Part shown: positions 33,301 to 41,400 of the stretch, in pieces
Layout of the letters: every line of letters begins with the position of its first letter
Position numbering within the stretch: position 1 is the first letter of the stretch
Source: a virus
Lineage: Duplodnaviria > Caudoviricetes
Strand: one strand, 5' to 3'
Length of the DNA: 64,000 nt
Virus record (IMG/VR): IMGVR_UViG_3300029288_004944
Location: 1 to 64,000 of that record
The notes under the pieces: model-generated
Seen by the model: the letters and a program-made list of their open reading frames with translations, nothing else
Told to the model about the DNA's origin: nothing
The model's database searches: none
Program-made: the position numbers and the translations under genes

Positions 33301-34070
33301 TTACGTAATTCAGATCCACTTATTAAAAATTCTTTCATTGCAATCTTTTCTTTTTTTTCTATTGTTTTTCTAACGCCATTCACTTCATACCATTCTATGT
33401 CATTAAACCTATCTAAGTCTTTCTCTTGATTAAAAAATTCTTGTTCATCGGCAAAATGACTTGTCAGTGTACCAGGACGATTATTATATTTTACTCTTAT
33501 AACAACCCTATCTCCTGCTTGCCCTTTCATAACATCATAAGCATTACCATCTGCCCTTTTCCCAATTGTTCCACGTGGAACAATCCTTTTCTTATTTTTA
33601 TGTTTCTTAACTACTTCAATTTCTTCAATATATTGATTACACTTATTTATAACTTCTCCATACCATCCTGTCTTTTCAGATTGATATAGGCTTTGCTCTA
33701 ATTCATCTATCATTCCATCTGGTATATTATTTTCAGATACAAATCGTGCAACCTGAGAGATTATTTCGCTTCCTACTCTCTGCTTAAACTCATCTGATTC
33801 AGTAAAAAGATTATAAGCATCCTCAACAATATCAGCATCTGTTCTTTCTTGGGATTGTAAATCTTTTTTATCTTGATCGCTCAATTCAAACCATTCGCCT
33901 CTTGCTCTCCCATCCCTTTCCCACTCCTCCTGCATTTCCCTAAATTCTTGCTTCGAACCATAATTGTCTTCACTATTACCATCGTTCCCCCAACCTCCAT
34001 CTCCGGCTATAACTTTCTTCTTGCTATTTTTATCTATCGCTACAAACTTTTTCTTGATAAAATCTACCAT
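27330..34070 (-). CDS. Giant modular (polyvalent-type) protein, 2246 aa
   Basis: More than 20 short modules (SH3-like, zinc ribbons, helical, a DUF7007-like WG...TASHGG...EED.EW module) separated by basic K-x-A linkers. Confidence 0.85.
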   Translation of the reverse strand: MVDFIKKKFVAIDKNSKKKVIAGDGGWGNDGNSEDNYGSKQEFREMQEEWERDGRARGEWFELSDQDKKDLQSQERTDADIVEDAYNLFTESDEFKQRVGSEIISQVARFVSENNIPDGMIDELEQSLYQSEKTGWYGEVINKCNQYIEEIEVVKKHKNKKRIVPRGTIGKRADGNAYDVMKGQAGDRVVIRVKYNNRPGTLTSHFADEQEFFNQEKDLDRFNDIEWYEVNGVRKTIEKKEKIAMKEFLISGSELRKLWGNGNPLEMDGKKYSVNRMSYGDYFMEPWGKEYGETEGFAPGTIWLEKKDSQKDMYGISELSDIYNKGEDGEFLEIEENFKFNMKKTVGVEKFESMEDLDIEYCPNCDRDTIHDMNGKCMKCLSTAEEQMVMINEMAERNRIMNLDNDRRLVPAMARLKRKAEIPVIREIIQYIKDGMDKSEIESTIGFKFPSMSVEDIGRMIEVAKRTEFGRGRTEPMRQRVERSPRQRQVAVGVNSGKVGVKKQAYDIGPGDKVEYNGRAGKVEFINSETERATINYIYDNYDGDEHSLYEVDIAPISELKKISVVVVGKKVIFSPPSPPLPTRLNPDLPARQAVAVSFSPSFERVSKQISISELRELIEQNNKEYGTNFELGGAYGQQELWAGGDRLEVGSLKDVYNAFVKYRFNEKYRSVAGDKTPKESPEDIEASLNIVSKQNCIICGKKFTKEDGEHFDDKCKRCQEDDSLSPKERYEKYKERRDFKEASLRFEDIEKLSIDELEAELAELNAMDSYKGKDLDIERVKAVLMIKKLKVYKKVSAKKIKVACPKCGTENETSTVYDKKICTKCGEKFDVDKKDLGKNNMYWVVEEGVYDEEQDAIKYQNAKRFDTDKYEDAVKYFEEQSFMGKPVYISGPVDIDNPEYGESEAYKKEKMKIKNASLKMADKEISPQEDICQIKDFMSPKGDIEIDLKDGLYTIISYPNETDIIKLRQQMGLTTELATHFSFPENEYDKFLGLASDMGYSVLSPSYSRIEGSLKTALKKVNIDINQLDHMEKMWYDKYMENEGATQEDALKFLVNNVDGDSSQMSDELRVWAVDSGYMDTFDFETEGSIKNAGSSRNLKTADQDEYKEGDSVRVLTDEFASSGLHKGDVVTLVGAYGLMGEKIYVVQIEPDDMTFDLGEGDIEKVVSHKVASKYEYKRVDLRTERGIKEAEKLKADGWRIVSHSPDVIEFERPILKEARSKMTPQQIEEKLQEISRTQKVKCDCGAKAEPVFYPEDELYAWNCPKCDIDFIRDPGEKQMRVISGQGMCDLSEWYGKHYKKAYYTYKVGDKVISIKHIEEADDRGKEVDIPKGAEGVVGEIDGNSFKVEFSGGKEVWFSHGMEIGYIKPLNKKASLTQEQEDAVVKMKEKYDIRDYTIKEIVGNTYLIFTDMRQQVWSSKWMGNEWGIVKRIGDIEDGKIKWKDIADDLNLNSKLKVNAEGFGRGDIGTVQEAIAQIRDLAKNEREFRNGIKSLAWKFSLAFYKEYKEKYGEYPIGYVELDKAIPWYTSEAYKDQIVVDVGQSEMESDKGFQGTIEEVMEDVHNLKPRGKSSKIIQDDIMYYVEGKRSEASLKVNASDEGETIYLSPYATVVAIPIRWNHIESEDGIELEGGYYDVIDYDRVDGQKENEILIAENLSVGIEKGSKPVEFQPSDKHRFLIDEKDLRHFKEYEYSDKKASLKIKAVGHEFDEEPNDNMLENVDYAIWWENAYDPGMIDDPEEKGMDPEDLKNKWYKDIMDKITFDTGVVMGKNLEENLKKLVDNGFSIYDSNSETLIWKPETVKKYYKGNGEKTANYDVDISGEPTDSMWGKVQQCIKIDDGIYKVFTASHGGIMVKKEIGDKLLTEETKKEWKYGEEGWYSFEEDNEWLIAVNEIPAVKKYYTRESNLKKIKHKADQEYPDTYFEDVGFANSDNVSEGLVSVENYFLTPEGLIAKMREWQESEHGVEAWAYDLMKKDLERKGYDVPKDIVRVEDNIESNLKKKSNEYSKEDELIESDRELDRLKQKLKKIELGKDKRYSDFEKDKEIKVLKNAIKGLELHIDVIKKDKVMFDFIDSQDGQSIDTVVSALVSKFNVSENEANKIIKEWQAEQNVEALDHELLLSRTSPTSKGLSRTRIQEEGYYRDSDLKEFMEKRAYKNEVTVPLPEIIKEFETKDGWKTFVFEDWRVTFYKEEKGEDVDINEGNIYLKMPNKSLEELTEEEKKEWIEPIMPQIHEIMIMEANKRK

Positions 34071-34125
34071 TGTCTATCTCCTGTATGATATTTAAAATTA
34101 CTTATTACTATATTATTATAAGACC

Positions 34126-34147
34126 AAGATCTGCCGTAGCAGATCCC
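34126..34147 (-). terminator. Stable hairpin with UACG tetraloop
   Basis: GGGATCTGC-TACG-GCAGATCTT between the small-gene cluster and the giant gene; weak U-tract. Confidence 0.5.
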
Positions 34148-34169
34148 ATTCACCTTTAATATAAAGGCT

Positions 34170-34364
34170 TTAGTCATTTAATTTGAAAAACTTGCAACCA
34201 AAATCTTTTCTAAATATAGTTCTTTCATAATCGCAAAGAGTATCTGGAAATATTTTATCTTGCATGTCGCAAGGACAGTCTTCTTTCCAATGCTTACAAT
34301 CCTCACATTTCCAATCTGTTAATTCAGTAAGTGATGTATCTATTGTTATTCCATCCCATTCCAT
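34170..34364 (-). CDS. Small Cys-rich protein
   Basis: CEDCKHW...C...C...GCKFF. Confidence 0.65.
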   Translation of the reverse strand: MEWDGITIDTSLTELTDWKCEDCKHWKEDCPCDMQDKIFPDTLCDYERTIFRKDFGCKFFKLND

Positions 34365-34375
34365 TTATTACCCCC

Positions 34376-34729
34376 TTATTCTCTTATTCCAACAACCTTA
34401 ACTAAATGAACATTTTCAATCTTTCTCCTGTGTGCCTCTCTTTCTATTTGACCTATCAAGGACTGCAATACCCAATCCGGATTATGCGATTGAACTTGCT
34501 CATTATAAACTTGTGCCCATTGAACAAACACACGAGATGCAGATGCATCTAATACCCTCTGCCCTATTCGTATTGTCATTGTATCATAATCTTCATTCTT
34601 AACTAATTCATATTTACGCACTAATTCCTCATATCTCTGACCGGGAGTTTGATGTTTTGTTTTTATATCAGCATCACTAATTTCATCATTTTGTCCCCAC
34701 CTCTTTATCATAATATCTATTAAGCCCAT
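34376..34729 (-). CDS. RW-leader family protein, body type A
   Basis: MGLIDIMIKRWGQ. Confidence 0.8.
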   Translation of the reverse strand: MGLIDIMIKRWGQNDEISDADIKTKHQTPGQRYEELVRKYELVKNEDYDTMTIRIGQRVLDASASRVFVQWAQVYNEQVQSHNPDWVLQSLIGQIEREAHRRKIENVHLVKVVGIRE

Positions 34730-34745
34730 GGCTGCTCCGATACAC

Positions 34746-35153
34746 TCATCTTACTCCCTTATAAGTAAATAAACCACCACTAATTTCCCTTCCCTCTCCC
34801 TCGCATTGTTTCCCTGCTCTTTCTACAATCTGATCTATCAAGTATCTATATGATTTCGCATTCCCCCACATTTTTATATAGTCATAGGAAACAAGTGCCC
34901 ATATTGGCCTTACTCTTTCATCTTTCAATAGACCACTCATTACCTTACTGTTAAAATCCTCTACTATATTAATAGATAAATTATCAACACTTAAAGAAAA
35001 CATTAAATTATACTTTGAAACTAAATTAAACAACTCGTTGGCTTCTGTGCGATTAAACTTTAAGTCTCTTTTAAAGAGCCTATAAAGTTCCTGCCTTTCA
35101 TCTTCTTTTACAGGATCTCTCCATCTTTCTATCATCACATCTATTATATTCAT
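34746..35153 (-). CDS. RW-leader family protein, body type A
   Basis: MNIIDVMIERWRD; WALVSY...LIDQI. Confidence 0.8.
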   Translation of the reverse strand: MNIIDVMIERWRDPVKEDERQELYRLFKRDLKFNRTEANELFNLVSKYNLMFSLSVDNLSINIVEDFNSKVMSGLLKDERVRPIWALVSYDYIKMWGNAKSYRYLIDQIVERAGKQCEGEGREISGGLFTYKGVR

Positions 35154-35160
35154 TTTATCC

Positions 35161-35349
35161 TTATGTTAAACCACTTGTTATATGTAATCCATTATACCAA
35201 CGACTCCCCTTGACAGATATTATTTCTTCATTTCCATCTCTTGTTTCAATTGTGCGTTGCAGATACGTTGCATAGCATTCATATTCATTCTTTTTTTCAT
35301 CTATTACATCCGGTCCCCACCGTCTTATCACATCACATATTAAACTCAT
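35161..35349 (-). CDS. RW-leader family protein (short)
   Basis: MSLICDVIRRWGPDV. Confidence 0.7.
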   Translation of the reverse strand: MSLICDVIRRWGPDVIDEKKNEYECYATYLQRTIETRDGNEEIISVKGSRWYNGLHITSGLT

Positions 35350-35802
35350 TTATTTCTCCCCACTATCCTTCTTCTCCTGTTCTTGTCTTAACCAAGGTCT
35401 GTCATAACACTCTCCCACCACCTGTGTTGCATACTCATTGCATATACGTTCTTCAAAATCCTTTTCGTGGGCATCATCTCCTGACAGATCTTCTTCTTTC
35501 GGAGATCCACTTACTCTCCATAAGATCATTCTTAAACCCGATCTATATACATTATAATGCGCTATTTCGTGGTACGTAATCCAAAGAACTGAACTATCTA
35601 TTTCACTTTCATCATTAAATATATAAATACATTCATCCTGAAAATATGTAAAACCCCTTGCTTTTAATATATCTTTATCATCTCCTGTCCAACCCTTAGC
35701 ACGCATAAACCCTACTTGATCGGACTTAGATATAAACGTCAAATATAACCCAAACGATTTTGCTACTTTCCTGCATTCGGCCATACCTTGTTCTGTTATC
35801 AT
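35350..35802 (-). CDS. Zincin metallopeptidase (ImmA/IrrE-like)
   Basis: YHEIAHY HEXXH motif plus downstream EERICNEYA. Confidence 0.75.
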   Translation of the reverse strand: MITEQGMAECRKVAKSFGLYLTFISKSDQVGFMRAKGWTGDDKDILKARGFTYFQDECIYIFNDESEIDSSVLWITYHEIAHYNVYRSGLRMILWRVSGSPKEEDLSGDDAHEKDFEERICNEYATQVVGECYDRPWLRQEQEKKDSGEK

Positions 35803-35820
35803 TTATTACATCTCCTTTCA

Positions 35821-36339
35821 CTATCTCGGACCAGGATACGATGTCATTCCATCACTATCATTTTCTTCATCTTCACCCGATGATCTAATATTATCTATCC
35901 ACCTACCTCTCTGTGCTGCTTCAAGAACTAATCTATCATTGCCCACTATTACTTCTTCATCTCTTCTTTGAGCGGCTCTTTGAACACTCATTTGAGCCTT
36001 TAGTGCCTTTTCTTCGCACAATCTTTCTATTCTTGCCTCATCACTCATTTGTCCTATAAGATATTCTTCTATCTTATCAAACAAATATTGATGCACATTC
36101 TCTACACCAATCTCTTTGATCTCATCATATGAAACCCTAATCATTGCAGACCAAACAGTAAGTTCACATTTAAAAATTGTTATTTCCTTAATTTCAGACT
36201 GGTCAGCATACATTAAATGATTTTCTCTCATAAGATTATATAACTCAATAGGTATTAAACCAACATATCCTGACCATTGATTCTTTACCCTACTATTGTC
36301 ATTTCCCCATCTTCTGATTACATTATCTATTACACTCAT
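35821..36339 (-). CDS. RW-leader family protein, body type A
   Basis: MSVIDNVIRRWGND; IRVSY...LFDKI. Confidence 0.8.
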   Translation of the reverse strand: MSVIDNVIRRWGNDNSRVKNQWSGYVGLIPIELYNLMRENHLMYADQSEIKEITIFKCELTVWSAMIRVSYDEIKEIGVENVHQYLFDKIEEYLIGQMSDEARIERLCEEKALKAQMSVQRAAQRRDEEVIVGNDRLVLEAAQRGRWIDNIRSSGEDEENDSDGMTSYPGPR

Positions 36340-36343
36340 TTTA

Positions 36344-36688
36344 TTACTGTCCCCCACCTATTTCTTTTATTCTACTCCAATATACATCTTGTGGCAAAGA
36401 ACTCTGCATTCTTCTTATAATCTGACCTAAAAGTATTCCAAATATATCTTCATCAGTATATCCCATTTTGTCTTTATAACTAACATCTGCCCAACAATTA
36501 CGAAGTGAATCATCACTTTTATCCACTAAAAGTATTCTACCTGATTGTTTATCATCTACAAGTCTAAGATTGTTTATTGCTATTGCTTTCTCTAATGATG
36601 CCTCAAATGAAGAGATAGGACAATTTGACTTGTCCTTTATCATTTCTTTATCTTTCCACCTATTAATCATTATGTCTATTATACTCAT
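36344..36688 (-). CDS. RW-leader family protein, body type A
   Basis: MSIIDIMINRWKD; WADVSY...LLGQI. Confidence 0.8.
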   Translation of the reverse strand: MSIIDIMINRWKDKEMIKDKSNCPISSFEASLEKAIAINNLRLVDDKQSGRILLVDKSDDSLRNCWADVSYKDKMGYTDEDIFGILLGQIIRRMQSSLPQDVYWSRIKEIGGGQ

Positions 36689-36700
36689 TCTGAACTCCCC

Positions 36701-37060
36701 CTACCTTACCCCCGAACTTTCCATCTTTACCCCACACTCTTTACACCCATCCCACAATAAAGACATGGGCAATCCTATCTCTTCTGCCGATCTTTCAATC
36801 TGTTTAGACTTTGGTATCCGGCCACCCTTTTTCTTATTATAAACACGCGTCCATTTCTTTTCTTTATTCATATCCCAATCGCCTCTTTCAAGATAAGAAC
36901 AATAACCATTGGCTTGATCAGGTTTATCTTTTCTTAATGACCAATAAGGACAAACCCCTGGCCGAAAACCTTTACCATACATACTATGACAATATGGGCC
37001 GGCAGGAATCCTTCTCTTATCTTTCTTTAAACCTACAACATTCTTTGCTATTGATTTCAT
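36701..37060 (-). CDS. Cys-rich hypothetical protein
   Basis: IPAGPYC...CPYW...GYCSYL...LLWDGCKEC. Confidence 0.75.
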   Translation of the reverse strand: MKSIAKNVVGLKKDKRRIPAGPYCHSMYGKGFRPGVCPYWSLRKDKPDQANGYCSYLERGDWDMNKEKKWTRVYNKKKGGRIPKSKQIERSAEEIGLPMSLLWDGCKECGVKMESSGVR

Positions 37061-37380
37061 TTCTTTAATCCCCTTGCTTTCTGTTTATTAGCCTTATCCC
37101 ATTTCCTATTCTCTTTTATCTGCTTCTTTTCTTTTGCTTTCCAATCACCACCCACTTTCTTATTACTCACATTTCCTATCGTTACTTCCATTGGCCACTC
37201 ACTTGGACACTCCACTCCATCAGGAACGATTATTTTACTAACCTTTGCTCCATTGATATACAACTTATTCTCAACTACTGCGATATATAACCATTCTCCA
37301 TTCTCTGCCTTAACCCACTCAGGATTTACTATCTTCATTATCTTTTCCTCCCCTCTACCTATACTTTCAGTTGGTGTCAT
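37057..37380 (-). CDS. Hypothetical protein
   Basis: ORF coupled to the next gene; true start may be the internal MKIVNP. Confidence 0.65.
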   Translation of the reverse strand: MTPTESIGRGEEKIMKIVNPEWVKAENGEWLYIAVVENKLYINGAKVSKIIVPDGVECPSEWPMEVTIGNVSNKKVGGDWKAKEKKQIKENRKWDKANKQKARGLKK

Positions 37381-37405
37381 TTTGACACCGACTCATATTC
37401 CCACC

Positions 37406-37795
37406 CTACTTCTTTTTCTCTTTAAACTTAGGCTCTGTGTTTGTCATTATTGATACAGCCAGGATTAACCCATTAGCCATACCCATAAAATATTCTTCAT
37501 CCAAACAAGCCTGCTCATCTTTACATTGTATATCTCTTACATTGATAAGATCTTTCAAGTTCTCTTCTAATGGTTTCTTTTGATCATATTTACCCATCTT
37601 AACAAGAGCAGATAATTTGGATTGTATTCTTTCTGCTTTCGTTATACTACCATTTACCACACCACTCTTCCCGCCTTTCAGTTCATCACATTCTGTGACA
37701 GACTGACTTTCTTTTAACTTTCTTTCTCCTAAATTAAGAGTAAGCCCATCATCATTCATTGTCATTGCTTTTAATTCACGTGTAAACTTATTCAT
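37406..37795 (-). CDS. Hypothetical protein (MNKF leader)
   Basis: MNKFTRELKAM; C-terminal YFMGMANGLILAVS helix. Confidence 0.75.
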   Translation of the reverse strand: MNKFTRELKAMTMNDDGLTLNLGERKLKESQSVTECDELKGGKSGVVNGSITKAERIQSKLSALVKMGKYDQKKPLEENLKDLINVRDIQCKDEQACLDEEYFMGMANGLILAVSIMTNTEPKFKEKKK

Positions 37796-37836
37796 TTAGA
37801 TCTCCCAAGTTCTTTCTCACTCTCTTTCTTATTGTC

Positions 37837-38082
37837 TTATTTACTCTCTTCATTGTCTTCGGGAAACTCCGGCACACCTGCCCATTCTAACAACTGAACA
37901 TCTCCAGGTTCTATATACTCTGCAAGGCTTTGTAATTCTGCAAGTTCAAGATACGACATACTTTCATTAATTATTTGTTTTCTTAAGTATTCCAATCTTT
38001 CTTTGATGTGTTTCATATCTATTGCTTCTTTATCTATTCCACCACCTGCCAATTTATGTAGTTCTTTTTGAAACTTATTCAT
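37837..38082 (-). CDS. Small acidic protein (MNKF leader)
   Basis: MNKFQKELHKLA; LLEWAGVPE; AGGAGGAG RBS. Confidence 0.75.
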   Translation of the reverse strand: MNKFQKELHKLAGGGIDKEAIDMKHIKERLEYLRKQIINESMSYLELAELQSLAEYIEPGDVQLLEWAGVPEFPEDNEESK

Positions 38083-38168
38083 TCAACTCCTCCTTATCCC
38101 CACATTTTCTATATTGCTTACATTAACTATATCATTTAATTTATTTATTACTATTGTTACTATCAATT

Positions 38169-38435
38169 TTATTTTAACATACTAAGTATAGCACACACAT
38201 TGTCATTTGTCAAATAATGAACTAATTTATTATTATTATACTTTTTTGCTACTCTTCGAATTGTTCCATCTTCTATGTCTTTCCATCCAAGGATTTCCAT
38301 ACCCACTATCTTATTACGACTATCCAAATCCACAATTATATTCTCGCCTTCCCTCACAGTTTTTTCTATCTTATTATCAGATACATAAACATATACTACT
38401 CTTGCTTCTATATCATATGTTATTTTCATTCCCAT
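38169..38435 (-). CDS. DUF2283-family protein
   Basis: KITYDIEARVVYVYV...IIVDLDSRNKIVGMEIL. Confidence 0.8.
   Translation of the reverse strand: MGMKITYDIEARVVYVYVSDNKIEKTVREGENIIVDLDSRNKIVGMEILGWKDIEDGTIRRVAKKYNNNKLVHYLTNDNVCAILSMLK
38185..38213 (-). promoter_or_regulatory. Sigma70-type promoter P3, inside the 3' end of the DUF2283 gene
   Basis: TTGACA-AATGACAATGTGTGTGC-TATACT (17-bp spacer). Confidence 0.75.
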
Positions 38436-38472
38436 TCTCCTCTGTTAATCTTTTCAACACTTTCCCCTTTCT

Positions 38473-41400
38473 CTATTCCACCCTACCCGCCTCTACCACA
38501 ACTCCCCCATTCATGCTATAAACTTCACCTGTGTCCATATCTTTAATCTCATTTATCATTACCTTAGATCCTGGAATTAACTTTATCTCACTCTCAGGGT
38601 AAGGTATATCAGCATCCCCTGTATTCTTTTGTAATGTTTCTATCCAATCTACATTTTGTTTACTTACTTCACCTTTCACCACTACTTCCGGCCACCCCTC
38701 ATTTGATTCCCCTTTTGCATTCTCATAAACTGTGGCCTGTCCTAAATCCCATGTCCAATACACACCCATAGATGGCCAATCTTCTAATAGGAGTTCATCT
38801 TTAATACTCTTTACAAATTCTTGTACATCCTTTACTGCTAATGCTCTAAATACCGGAAAAGGATCTGTGAACCCTAAAAATCTCTTCTTAGATGCTTCAA
38901 ATGCTTCTATTGCTTCTTCGGGATAGTTCTGATAGAACTCATCCACTTCTCCACCCGGCTGATCATTGATCAGATCTTCTATTGTTATATTCTCCAAGGA
39001 TACAGATGCTTTTCTTTTCAATCCCCTATATTCGCCATACTTCTTTATAAATTCTTCTATACTATAAAACCCATCCTCACTTTGAGCAAAGGTCTCAACC
39101 AAAATCTTACGTGGTTTAAAGTTTATAATTATATCAAACCATTTCCTAAGAGTATCCACATTCTCTACCTCAACACCCATTAAATTATTCTGTTCCATTC
39201 TTACTCTTGTCCATCCTAACAATATTAATGCTTCTATCTTATTATTATACTCAGGTATTGTAATTCCATATTCTTCTTTTAACATCTCTATATTATTAAA
39301 TATCCATTCTTCGTGTTCTCCCGTAGATTCTTCTACTCCAACATTATATATCTTACCCACAGGATCAATCCAGTATGCACCCAAATTTCCTTTTGCTGCT
39401 TCTTTTAATCTCCCCTCTATCTCGAACTTCTCTATTGTCGTATCTTTCTTAGACAACTCTATCTCTTTTATCTGCCACTCTATTTCCGGTTCTTCATCCA
39501 CCAACTCCTCCGTCTCTCTTAGTTTCTTGCCTTTCTTTAAATAGGCTATCGTGATATGCGGAGTGTAATCAAAGTCATCCTTGACTTCAAACTCTTTGGC
39601 GAGATCGGAGTGAAGTTCTTTCAAATCTTGAGACTCTAATTTCAGCACAGCCACATCATATTCTTTACTGTGAGTGAAATAATCTATCTTGGCGATCTTG
39701 GCGATTAATTGGCGATTGGCCACAAGTGATTGAATATCAGATATAGAGGCAGAGTCAATACCATAGCAAAGGGTTGTGTGGGGGGATGGGGGAAATCCTC
39801 CATCCATCTCATTACTTTCTGCATCAGACAGATCTTCTTTTGGAATACTGTTTTGAACTTTCTTTATCCATTGTTTTAACTCTTTTGGTATGTCAGACGT
39901 TTGCACACTACCATGATCGTAATCTGCTCTTATTACTATCCCACCTCTTCTTATCAACACTCCCACTTTCTCGGATGTTAAATGTTCTTCATCTCCTACC
40001 GTTAATTCTAACTCTTCTTTGTTTACTATCCGATCTTTTGAAATTGAATTATCTATCACTATATCCCCACCTATTAAATCAGGGTGTGATTCTATATAAT
40101 GTTTGAATATTAGATCTGCTCTATCGTCTTCTGCCACACCCTCTTCCCCCTCACTACTTTCCCCATATGTTTCCTCTTCCGGATATAACTTATCATACTC
40201 TGCTACCGGCCACATTATCTCTATATCCACAGAATCAGGGCTATTTGAATTCATTGCCCTATATGATTTCTCACCCAACACTGTATAAACGATACCAAGG
40301 TCTGTATCCTCAGCCCTAAGCCCATTTTCCAATATACTCTTTACATTCTCTCTGCTTGTTTGGTGGTGCAGGTCCACACCATTGGGATACTTATTCTTTA
40401 ACATCTCTATGAACTGTCTTTGATACTTTCCCATATCAAGATCATATTTCTCCCCTTTAACCCTACCCCTCATACTCGCACTTATCTTACTCCCATCCTT
40501 ACCTTCTTCTTTTGTGTGATACTTCTGCACTGTGCTATATTGTTTATTCTTTAAATCCTCGGCAAGATCATATATATCACGTATAACATCATATATCTCT
40601 TCTGCTTCTTTATTTTCCTCTTCTCCTGCCTCATCATACGCCCACGATAATATCTGATCAGAACTATGCCATGTTGATATAAGTTCATCCATTGCTTGCA
40701 ATATAGCCATTGGATCAATTGCTGATTTCAATTTCTCTATTTTCTTATTTACTTTATCCCAAAACCTTCCATACTCTTTTTCTTCAAATCTTCTACTTCT
40801 TTCTAACTCTTCAGGCGATACTCCCACTCTCTCCATAAGCGATAATATAATCTCTTTTGACTTCTCTGCTACCTGTGGATCTATTTCTCCCACTATCCCC
40901 TGCCTATATAACTCTTTAATCGTTTCTATATCGGATAGAGATAGCGAAGACAATTTGTCTATTTCGCCTCTCTTATTAACCTTTAACTCTTTCCACTCCC
41001 CTACTTCCCATTGCCCCATCTCTTTCTCAGACTTTATACCCTTCCCCTTTCTTTCCCCACCACCGTTTGTTATCTCCACTCTTAATATACCGTTCTCTGC
41101 CCCGGTCCCCACCACATAATCTTCACTATCATTTAATGTTTCCCCCACTTCCTCCGATAAATAACCCTCATCATCATATTCTGTATATGTATATCCGATT
41201 ACACTCTCCCCCACAGAGGCGGCGATGGAAGGAAATCTATCTGCCATAAACTTATCTACGGCTTCATTGTGAGTAAGACCTTTATACTCCGGCTTTTGAT
41301 ATATTGCTACCCAACATGGTTCCCCCCAATACTCATAGTATATTATCTTATCGCCTGCATTGATTACAATTACCCAATCCTCTGATCGTACCAAATCCCA

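Noticed and set aside
14461-34120. TAATAATA-like late promoter motif in several intergenic regions
   Set aside because: Cannot be distinguished from chance in such AT-rich DNA without statistics
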